Shown here: positions 54,501-64,000 of the stretch, piece by piece
How the letters are laid out: every line of letters starts with the position of its first letter
How positions within the stretch are numbered: the first letter of the stretch is position 1
Assembly (NCBI GenBank): GCA_964016885.1
Contig: CAXHJY010001439.1
Location: forward strand, 275,682 to 339,681
Direction: 5' to 3'
Source: Eledone cirrhosa
Taxonomy: Eukaryota
DNA length: 64,000 nt
Program-made: the position numbers and the translations under genes
Notes under the pieces: model-generated
The model's input: the letters and a program-made list of their open reading frames with translations, nothing else
The model's database searches: none
Told to the model about the DNA's origin: nothing

Positions 54501-57500
54501 AGAAGAGTGGTGGGGGTGCCAGTGGGTCTGGTGGTGGTGTAGGAGGTAAGAAGAGTGGTGGGGGTGCCAGTGGTTCTCGTGGTGGTGTAGGAGGTGAGAA
54601 GAGTGGTGGGGGTGCCAGTGGGTCTGGTGGTGGTGTAGGAGGTGAGAAGAGTGGTGGTGGTGCCAGTGGTTCTGGTGGTGGTGTAGGAGGTGAGAAGAGT
54701 GGTGGGGGTGCCAGTGGTTCTGGTGGTGGTGTAGGAGGTGAGAAGAGTGGTGGGGGTGCCAGTGGGTCTGGTGGTGGTGTAGGAGGTGAGAAGAGTGGTG
54801 GTGGTGCCAGTGGTTCTGGTGGTGGTGTAGGAGGTGAGAAGAGTGGTGGTGGTGCCAGTGGTTCTGGTGGTGGTGTAGGAGGTGAGAAGAGTGGTGGGGG
54901 TGCCAGTGGTTCTGGTGGTGGTGTAGGAGGTGAGAAGAGTGGTGGTGGTGCCAGTGGTTCTGGTGGTGGTGTAGGAGGTGAGAAGAGTGGTGGGGGTGCC
55001 AGTGGTTCTGGTGGTGGTGTAGGAGGTGAGAAGAGTGGTGGGGGTGCCAGTGGGTCTGGTGGTGGTGTAGGAGGTGAGAAGAGTGGTGGGGGTGCCAGTG
55101 GTTCTGGTGGTGGTGTAGGAGGTGAGAAGAGTGGTGGGGGTGCCAGTGGTTCTGGTGGTGGTGTAGGAGGTGAGAAGAGTGGTGGGGGTGCCAGTGGGTC
55201 TGGTGGTGGTGTAGGAGGTAAGAAGAGTGGTGGGGGTGCCAGTGGGTCTGGTGGTGGTGTAGGAGGTGATATGGTGGTGGGGGTGCCAGTGGGTCTGGTG
55301 GTGGTGTAGGAGGGATATGGTGGTGGGGGTGCCAGTGGGTCTGGTGGTGGTGTAGGAGGTAAGAAGAGTGGTGGGGGTGCCAGTGGGTCTGGTGGTGGTG
55401 TAGGAGGTGATATGGTGGTGGGGGTGCCAGTGGGTCTGGTGGTGGTGTAGGAGGTGAGAAGAGTGGTGGGGGTGCCAGTGGGTCTGGTGGTGGTGTAGGA
55501 GGTGAGAAGAGTGGTGGGGGTGCCAGTGGGTCTGGTGGTGGTGTAGGAGGTGAGAAGAGTGGTGGGGGTGCCAGTGGGTCTGGTGGTGGTGTAGGAGGTA
55601 AGAAGAGTGGTGGGGGTGCCAGTGGGTCTGGTGGTGGTGTAGGAGGTGATATGGTGGTGGGGGTGCCAGTGGGTCTGGTGGTGGTGTAGGAGGTGAGAAG
55701 AGTGGTGGGGGTGCCAGTGGGTCTGGTGGTGGTGTAGGAGGTGAGAAGAGTGGTGGGGGTGCCAGTGGTTCTGGTGGTGGTGTAGGAGGTAAGAAGAGTG
55801 GTGGGGGTGCCAGTGGGTCTGGTGGTGGTGTAGGAGGTAAGAAGAGTGGTGGGGGTGCCAGTGGGTCTGGTGGTGGTGTAGGAGGTGAGAAGAGTGGTGG
55901 GGGTGCCAGTGGGTCTGGTGGTGGTGTAGGAGGTGATATGGTGGTGGGGGTGCCAGTGGGTCTGGTGGTGGTGTAGGAGGTGATATGGTGGTGGGGGTGC
56001 CAGTGGTTCTGGTGGTGGTGTAGGAGGTGATATGGTGGTGGGGGTGCCAGTGGGTCTGGTGGTGGTGTAGGAGGTAAGAAGAGTGGTGGGGGTGCCAGTG
56101 GGTCTGGTGGTGGTGTAGGAGGTGAGAAGAGTGGTGGGGGTGCCAGTGGGTCTGGTGGTGGTGTAGGAGGTGATATGGTGGTGGGGGTGCCAGTGGGTCT
56201 GGTGGTGGTGTAGGAGGTAAGAAGAGTGGTGGGGGTGCCAGTGGTTCTGGTGGTGGTGTAGGAGGTGATATGGTGGTGGGGGTGCCAGTGGTTCTGGTGG
56301 TGGTGTAGGAGGTAAGAAGAGTGGTGGGGGTGCCAGTGGGTCTGGTGGTGGTGTAGGAGGTAAGAAGAGTGGTGGGGGTGCCAGTGGTTCTGGTGGTGGT
56401 GTAGGAGGTGAGAAGAGTGGTGGGGGTGCCAGTGGTTCTGGTGGTGGTGTAGGAGGTGAGAAGAGTGGTGGGGGTGCCAGTGGGTCTGGTGGTGGTGTAG
56501 GAGGTGAGAAGAGTGGTGGGGGTGCCAGTGGGTCTGGTGGTGGTGTAGGAGGTGAGAAGAGTGGTGGGGGTGCCAGTGGTTCTGGTGGTGGTGTAGGAGG
56601 TGAGAAGAGTGGTGGGGGTGCCAGTGGGTCTGGTGGTGGTGTAGGAGGTGAGAAGAGTGGTGGGGGTGCCAGTGGTTCTGGTGGTGGTGTAGGAGGTGAG
56701 AAGAGTGGTGGGGGTGCCAGTGGTTCTGGTGGTGGTGTAGGAGGTGAGAAGAGTGGTGGGGGTGCCAGTGGTTCTGGTGGTGGTGTAGGAGGTGAGAAGA
56801 GTGGTGGGGGTGCCAGTGGGTCTGGTGGTGGTGTAGGAGGTGAGAAGAGTGGTGGGGGTGCCAGTGGGTCTGGTGGTGGTGTAGGAGGTGAGAAGAGTGG
56901 TGGGGGTGCCAGTGGTTCTGGTGGTGGTGTAGGAGGTGAGAAGAGTGGTGGGGGTGCCAGTGGTTCTGGTGGTGGTGTAGGAGGTGAGAAGAGTGGTGGG
57001 GGTGCCAGTGGGTCTGGTGGTGGTGTAGGAGGTTATATGGTGGTGGGGTGCCAGTGGGTCTGGTGGTGGTGTAGGAGGTGATATGGTGGTGGGGGTGCCA
57101 GTGGGTCTGGTGGTGGTGTAGGAGGTGATATGGTGGTGGGGGTGCCAGTGGTTCTGGTGGTGGTGTAGGAGGTGAGAAGAGTGGTGGGGGTGCCAGTGGT
57201 TCTGGTGGTGGTGTAGGAGGTGAGAAGAGTGGTGGGGGTGCCAGTGGGTCTGGTGGTGGTGTAGGAGGTGATATGGTGGTGGGGGTGCCAGTGGTTCTGG
57301 TGGTGGTGTAGGAGGTAAGAAGAGTGGTGGGGTGCCAGTGGGTCTGGTGGTGGTGTAGGAGGTAAGAAGAGTGGTGGGGTGCCAGTGGGTCTGGTGGTGG
57401 TGTAGGAGGTGAGAAGAGTGGTGGGGGTGCCAGTGGGTCTGGTGGTGGTGTAGGAGGTAAGAAGAGTGGTGGGGGTGCCAGTGGGTCTGGTGGTGGTGTA

Positions 57501-60500
57501 GGAGGTAAGAAGAGTGGTGGGGGTGCCAGTGGGTCTGGTGGTGGTGTAGGAGGTGAGAAGAGTGGTGGGGGTGCCAGTGGGTCTGGTGGTGGTGTAGGAG
57601 GTAAGAAGAGGTGGGGGTGCCAGTGGGTCTGGTGGTGGTGTAGGAGGTAAGAAGAGTGGTGGGGGTGCCAGTGGGTCTGGTGGTGGTGTAGGAGGTGAGA
57701 AGAGTGGTGGGGGTGCCAGTGGGTCTGGTGGTGGTGTAGGAGGTGAGAAGAGTGGTGGGGGTGCCAGTGGGTCTGGTGGTGGTGTAGGAGGTGAGAAGAG
57801 TGGTGGGGGTGCCAGTGGGTCTGGTGGTGGTGTAGGAGGTAAGAAGAGTGGTGGGGGTGCCAGTGGGTCTGGTGGTGGTGTAGGAGGTAAGAAGAGTGGT
57901 GGGGGTGCCAGTGGGTCTGGTGGTGGTGTAGGAGGTAAGAAGAGTGGTGGGGGTGCCAGTGGTTCTGGTGGTGGTGTAGGAGGTGATATGGTGGTGGGGG
58001 TGCCAGTGGGTCTGGTGGTGGTGTAGGAGGTAAGAAGAGTGGTGGGGGTGCCAGTGGGTCTGGTGGTGGTGTAGGAGGTGAGAAGAGTGGTGGGGGTGCC
58101 AGTGGTTCTGGTGGTGGTGTAGGAGGTGAGAAGAGTGGTGGGGGTGCCAGTGGTTCTGGTGGTGGTGTAGGAGGTAAGAAGAGTGGTGGGGGTGCCAGTG
58201 GTTCTGGTGGTGGTGTAGGAGGTGAGAAGAGTGGTGGGGGTGCCAGTGGGTCTGGTGGTGGTGTAGGAGGTAAGAAGAGTGGTGGGGGTGCCAGTGGTTC
58301 TGGTGGTGGTGTAGGAGGTAAGAAGAGTGGTGGGGGTGCCAGTGGTTCTGGTGGTGGTGTAGGAGGTAAGAAGAGTGGTGGGGGTGCCAGTGGTTCTGGT
58401 GGTGGTGTAGGAGGTAAGAAGAGTGGTGGGGGTGCCAGTGGTTCTGGTGGTGGTGTAGGAGGTAAGAAGAGTGGTGGGGGTGCCGGTGGTTCTGGTGGTG
58501 GTGTAGGAGGTGATATGGTGGTGGGGGTGCCAGTGGGTCTGGTGGTGGTGTAGGAGGTGATATGGTGGTGGGGGTGCCAGTGGTTCTGGTGGTGGTGTAG
58601 GAGGTGAGAAGAGTGGTGGGGGTGCCATTGGTTCTGGTGGTGGTGTAGGAGGTGATATGGTGGTGGGGGTGCCAGTGGGTCTGGTGGTGGTGTAGGAGGT
58701 GATATTGGTGGTGGGGGTGCCAGTGGGTCTGGTGGTGGTGTAGGAGGTGAGAAGAGTGGTGGGGGTGCCAGTGGTTCTGGTGGTGGTGTAGGAGGTGAGA
58801 AGAGTGGTGGGGGTGCCAGTGGTTCTGGTGGTGGTGTAGGAGGTAAGAAGAGTGGTGGGGGTGCCAGTGGTTCTGGTGGTGGTGTAGGAGGTGATATGGT
58901 GGTGGGGGTGCCAGTGGGTCTGGTGGTGGTGTAGGAGGTAAGAAGAGTGGTGGGGGTGCCAGTGGTTCTGGTGGTGGTGTAGGAGGTGAGAAGAGTGGTG
59001 GGGGTGCCAGTGGTTCTGGTGGTGGTGTAGGAGGTGAGAAGAGTGGTGGGGGTGCCAGTGGTTCTGGTGGTGGTGTAGGAGGTGAGAAGAGTGGTGGGGG
59101 TGCCAGTGGTTCTGGTGGTGGTGTAGGAGGTAAGAAGAGTGGTGGGGGTGCCAGTGGTTCTGGTGGTGGTGTAGGAGGTGATATGGTGGTGGGGGTGCCA
59201 GTGGTTCTGGTGGTGGTGTAGGAGGTAAGAAGAGTGGTGGGGGTGCCAGTGGTTCTGGTGGTGGTGTAGGAGGTGAGAAGAGTGGTGGGGGTGCCAGTGG
59301 TTCTGGTGGTGGTGTAGGAGGTGAGAAGAGTGGTGGGGGTGCCAGTGGTTCTGGTGGTGGTGTAGGAGGTGAGAAGAGTGGTGGGGGTGCCAGTGGTTCT
59401 GGTGGTGGTGTAGGAGGTAAGAAGAGTGGTGGGGTGCCAGTGGTTCTGGTGGTGGTGTAGGAGGTAAGAAGAGTGGTGGGGGTGCCAGTGGTTCTGGTGG
59501 TGGTGTAGGAGGTGATAGTGGTGGGGGGTGCCAGTGGGTCTGGTGGTGGTGTAGGAGGTAAGAAGAGTGGTGGGGGTGCCAGTGGGTCTGGTGGTGGTGT
59601 AGGAGGTGAGAAGAGTGGTGGGGGTGCCAGTGGGTCTGGTGGTGGTGTAGGAGGTGAGAAGAGTGGTGGGGGGTGCCAGTGGGTCTGGTGGTGGTGTAGG
59701 AGGTGAGAAGAGTGGTGGGGGTGCCAGTGGGTCTGGTGGTGGTGTAGGAGGTGAGAAGAGTGGTGGGGGTGCCAGTGGGTCTGGTGGTGGTGTAGGAGGT
59801 GAGAAGAGTGGTGGGGGTGCCAGTGGGTCTGGTGGTGGTGTAGGAGGTGAGAAGAGTGGTGGGGGTGCCAGTGGGTCTGGTGGTGGTGTAGGAGGTGAGA
59901 AGAGTGGTGGGGGTGCCAGTGGGTCTGGTGGTGGTGTAGGAGGTGAGAAGAGTGGTGGGGGTGCCAGTGGTTCTGGTGGTGGTGTAGGAGGTAAGAAGAG
60001 TGGTGGGGGTGCCAGTGGGTCTGGTGGTGGTGTAGGAGGTAAGAAGAGTGGTGGGGGTGCCAGTGGGTCTGGTGGTGGTGTAGGAGGTGAGAAGAGTGGT
60101 GGGGGTGCCAGTGGGTCTGGTGGTGGTGTAGGAGGTGATATGGTGGTGGGGGTGCCAGTGGGTCTGGTGGTGGTGTAGGAGGAGAAGGTGGTGGGGGTGC
60201 CAGTGGTCTGGTGGTGGTGTAGGAGGTGATATGGTGGTGGGGGTGCCAGTGGGTCTGGTGGTGGTGTAGGAGGTAAGAAGAGTGGTGGGGGTGCCAGTGG
60301 GTCTGGTGGTGGTGTAGGAGGTGAGAAGAGTGGTGGGGGTGCCAGTGGGTCTGGTGGTGGTGTAGGAGGTGATATGGTGGTGGGGGTGCCAGTGGGTCTG
60401 GTGGTGGTGTAGGAGGTAAGAAGAGTGGTGGGGGTGCCAGTGGTTCTGGTGGTGGTGTAGGAGGTGATAAGAGTGGTGGGGGTGCCAGTGGGTCTGGTGG

Positions 60501-63500
60501 TGGTGTAGGAGGTAAGAGAGTGGTGGGGGTGCCAGTGGGTCTGGTGGTGGTGTAGGAGGTGAGAAGAGTGGTGGGGGTGCCAGTGGTTCTGGTGGTGGTG
60601 TAGGAGGTGAGAAGAGTGGTGGGGGTGCCAGTGGGTCTGGTGGTGGTGTAGGAGGTGAGAAGAGTGGTGGGGGTGCCAGTGGGTCTGGTGGTGGTGTAGG
60701 AGGTGAGAAGAGTGGTGGGGGTGCCAGTGGTTCTGGTGGTGGTGTAGGAGGTGAGAAGAGTGGTGGGGGTGCCAGTGGGTCTGGTGGTGGTGTAGGAGGT
60801 GAGAAGAGTGGTGGGGGTGCCAGTGGTTCTGGTGGTGGTGTAGGAGGTGAGAAGAGTGGTGGGGGTGCCAGTGGTTCTGGTGGTGGTGTAGGAGGTGAGA
60901 AGAGTGGTGGGGGTGCCAGTGGTCTGGTGGTGGTGTAGGAGGTGAGAAGAGTGGTGGGGGTGCCAGTGGGTCTGGTGGTGGTGTAGGAGGTGAGAAGAGT
61001 GGTGGGGGTGCCAGTGGTTCTGGTGGTGGTGTAGGAGGTGAGAAGAGTGGTGGGGGTGCCAGTGGTTCTGGTGGTGGTGTAGGAGGTGAGAAGAGTGGTG
61101 GGGGTGCCAGTGGGTCTGGTGGTGGTGTAGGAGGTGATATGGTGGTGGGGGTGCCAGTGGGTCTGGTGGTGGTGTAGGAGGTAGATGAGTGGTGGGGGTG
61201 CCAGTGGGTCTGGTGGTGGTGTAGGAGGTGATATGGTGGTGGGGGTGCCAGTGGTTCTGGTGGTGGTGTAGGAGGTGAGAAGAGTGGTGGGGGTGCCAGT
61301 GGTTCTGGTGGTGGTGTAGGAGGTGAGAAGAGTGGTGGGGGTGCCAGTGGGTCTGGTGGTGGTGTAGGAGGTGATATGGTGGTGGGGGTGCCAGTGGTTC
61401 TGGTGGTGGTGTAGGAGGTAGAAGAGTGGTGGGGTGCCAGTGGGTCTGGTGGTGGTGTAGGAGGTAGAAGAGTGGTGGGGTGCCAGTGGGTCTGGTGGTG
61501 GTGTAGGAGGTGAGAAGAGTGGTGGGGGTGCCAGTGGGTCTGGTGGTGGTGTAGGAGGTAAGAAGAGTGGTGGGGGTGCCAGTGGGTCTGGTGGTGGTGT
61601 AGGAGGTAAGAAGAGTGGTGGGGTGCCAGTGGGTCTGGTGGTGGTGTAGGAGGTGAGAAGAGTGGTGGGGGTGCCAGTGGGTCTGGTGGTGGTGTAGGAG
61701 GTAAGAAGAGTGGTGGGGGTGCCAGTGGGTCTGGTGGTGGTGTAGGAGGTAAGAAGAGTGGTGGGGGTGCCAGTGGGTCTGGTGGTGGTGTAGGAGGTGA
61801 GAAGAGTGGTGGGGGTGCCAGTGGGTCTGGTGGTGGTGTAGGAGGTGAGAAGAGTGGTGGGGGTGCCAGTGGGTCTGGTGGTGGTGTAGGAGGTGAGAAG
61901 AGTGGTGGGGTGCCAGTGGGTCTGGTGGTGGTGTAGGAGGTAAGAAGAGTGGTGGGGGTGCCAGTGGGTCTGGTGGTGGTGTAGGAGGTAAGAAGAGTGG
62001 TGGGGGTGCCAGTGGGTCTGGTGGTGGTGTAGGAGGTAAGAAGAGTGGTGGGGGTGCCAGTGGTTCTGGTGGTGGTGTAGGAGGTGATATGGTGGTGGGG
62101 GTGCCAGTGGGTCTGGTGGTGGTGTAGGAGGTAAGAAGAGTGGTGGGGGTGCCAGTGGGTCTGGTGGTGGTGTAGGAGGTGAGAAGAGTGGTGGGGGTGC
62201 CAGTGGTTCTGGTGGTGGTGTAGGAGGTGATATGGTGGTGGGGGTGCCAGTGGGTCTGGTGGTGGTGTAGGAGGTAAGAAGAGTGGTGGGGGTGCCAGTG
62301 GGTCTGGTGGTGGTGTAGGAGGTGAGAAGAGTGGTGGGGGTGCCAGTGGTTCTGGTGGTGGTGTAGGAGGTGATATGGTGGTGGGGGTGCCAGTGGGTCT
62401 GGTGGTGGTGTAGGAGGTAAGAAGAGTGGTGGGGGTGCCAGTGGGTCTGGTGGTGGTGTAGGAGGTGAGAAGAGTGGTGGGGGTGCCAGTGGGTCTGGTG
62501 GTGGTGTAGGAGGTAAGAAGAGTGGTGGGGGTGCCAGTGGTTCTGGTGGTGGTGTAGGAGGTAAGAAGAGTGGTGGGGGTGCCAGTGGTTCTGGTGGTGG
62601 TGTAGGAGGTAAGAAGAGTGGTGGGGGTGCCAGTGGTTCTGGTGGTGGTGTAGGAGGTAGATAAGGTGGTGGGGGTGCCAGTGGTTCTGGTGGTGGTGTA
62701 GGAGGTAAGAAGAGTGGTGGGGGTGCCAGTGGTTCTGGTGGTGGTGTAGGAGGTGAGAAGAGTGGTGGGGGTGCCAGTGGGTCTGGTGGTGGTGTAGGAG
62801 GTGATATGAGTGGTGGGGGTGCCAGTGGTTCTGGTGGTGGTGTAGGAGGTGAGAAGAGTGGTGGGGGTGCCAGTGGTTCTGGTGGTGGTGTAGGAGGTGA
62901 GATGGTGGTGGGGGTGCCAGTGGGTCTGGTGGTGGTGTAGGAGGTGATATGGTGGTGGGGGTGCCAGTGGTTCTGGTGGTGGTGTAGGAGGTGAGAAGAG
63001 TGGTGGGGGTGCCAGTGGTTCTGGTGGTGGTGTAGGAGGTGAGAAGAGTGGTGGGGGTGCCAGTGGTTCTGGTGGTGGTGTAGGAGGTAGAGAAGAGTGG
63101 TGGGGGTGCCAGTGGTTCTGGTGGTGGTGTAGGAGGTGAGAGTGGTGGGGGGTGCCAGTGGTTCTGGTGGTGGTGTAGGAGGTAAGAAGAGTGGTGGGGG
63201 TGCCAGTGGTTCTGGTGGTGGTGTAGGAGGTGAGAAGAGTGGTGGGGGTGCCAGTGGTTCTGGTGGTGGTGTAGGAGGTGAGAAGAGTGGTGGGGTGCCA
63301 GTGGTTCTGGTGGTGGTGTAGGAGGTGAGAAGAGTGGTGGGGGTGCCAGTGGTTCTGGTGGTGGTGTAGGAGGTAAGAAGAGTGGTGGGGGTGCCAGTGG
63401 TTCTGGTGGTGGTGTAGGAGGTGATAAGAGAGTGGTGGGGGTGCCAGTGGTTCTGGTGGTGGTGTAGGAGGTAAGAAGAGTGGTGGGGGTGCCAGTGGTT

Positions 63501-64000
63501 CTGGTGGTGGTGTAGGAGGTGAGAAGAGTGGTGGGGGTGCCAGTGGTTCTGGTGGTGGTGTAGGAGGTGAGAAGAGTGGTGGGGTGCCAGTGGTTCTGGT
63601 GGTGGTGTAGGAGGTGAGAAGAGTGGTGGGGGTGCCAGTGGTTCTGGTGGTGGTGTAGGAGGTAAGAAGAGTGGTGGGGGTGCCAGTGGTTCTGGTGGTG
63701 GTGTAGGAGGTAAGAAGAGTGGTGGGGGTGCCAGTGGTTCTGGTGGTGGTGTAGGAGGTGATATGGTGGTGGGGGTGCCAGTGGTTCTGGTGGTGGTGTA
63801 GGAGGTAAGAAGAGTGGTGGGGGTGCCAGTGGTTCTGGTGGTGGTGTAGGAGGTGAGAAGAGTGGTGGGGGTGCCAGTGGTTCTGGTGGTGGTGTAGGAG
63901 GTGAGAAGAGTGGTGGGGGTGCCAGTGGTTCTGGTGGTGGTGTAGGAGGTAAGAAGAGTGGTGGGGGGTGCCAGTGGTTCTGGTGGTGGTGTAGGAGGTG
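51506..64000. repeat. 48-bp G-rich satellite, roughly 260 copies; runs off the right edge
   Basis: Unit GTGCCAGTGG(G/T)TCTGGTGGTGGTGTAGGAGGT(G/A)AGAAGAGTGGTGGGG, plus a 47-bp GATATGGTGG variant. Confidence 0.98.

Noticed and set aside
51476-63321. Gly-rich and Pro-rich ORFs in the 48-bp satellite
   Set aside because: Frequent 47-bp units shift the frame, so there is no sign of coding constraint.

Overview
This is a eukaryotic, repeat-saturated window with no recognisable host gene exon. The SINE families, (TA)n density and trinucleotide arrays resemble an octopus or other cephalopod genome (inference from memory, not a search). It is bracketed by two large tandem arrays: a (GTT/GGT) array at 1-13.6 kb and a 48-bp G-rich satellite from 51.5 kb to the end. 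Between them are microsatellites, at least three tRNA-derived SINE families, hAT and mariner MITEs, a solo LTR, and three copies of one L1/Tx1-type LINE, all inserted in (TATC)n. The most notable signal is about 10 type I hammerhead ribozyme motifs (CTGAnGA-stem II-GAAA-short palindrome-UH with a closing stem I), found by eye in mutually unrelated sequences. Most lie in head-to-head inverted duplications whose tails run into (TA)n tracts, and one pair is in tandem about 190 nt apart. This fits non-autonomous Penelope-like or retrozyme retroelements. Variants include a 116-nt stem II and a U3-A8 covariant core. Almost all listed ORFs are low-complexity artefacts.
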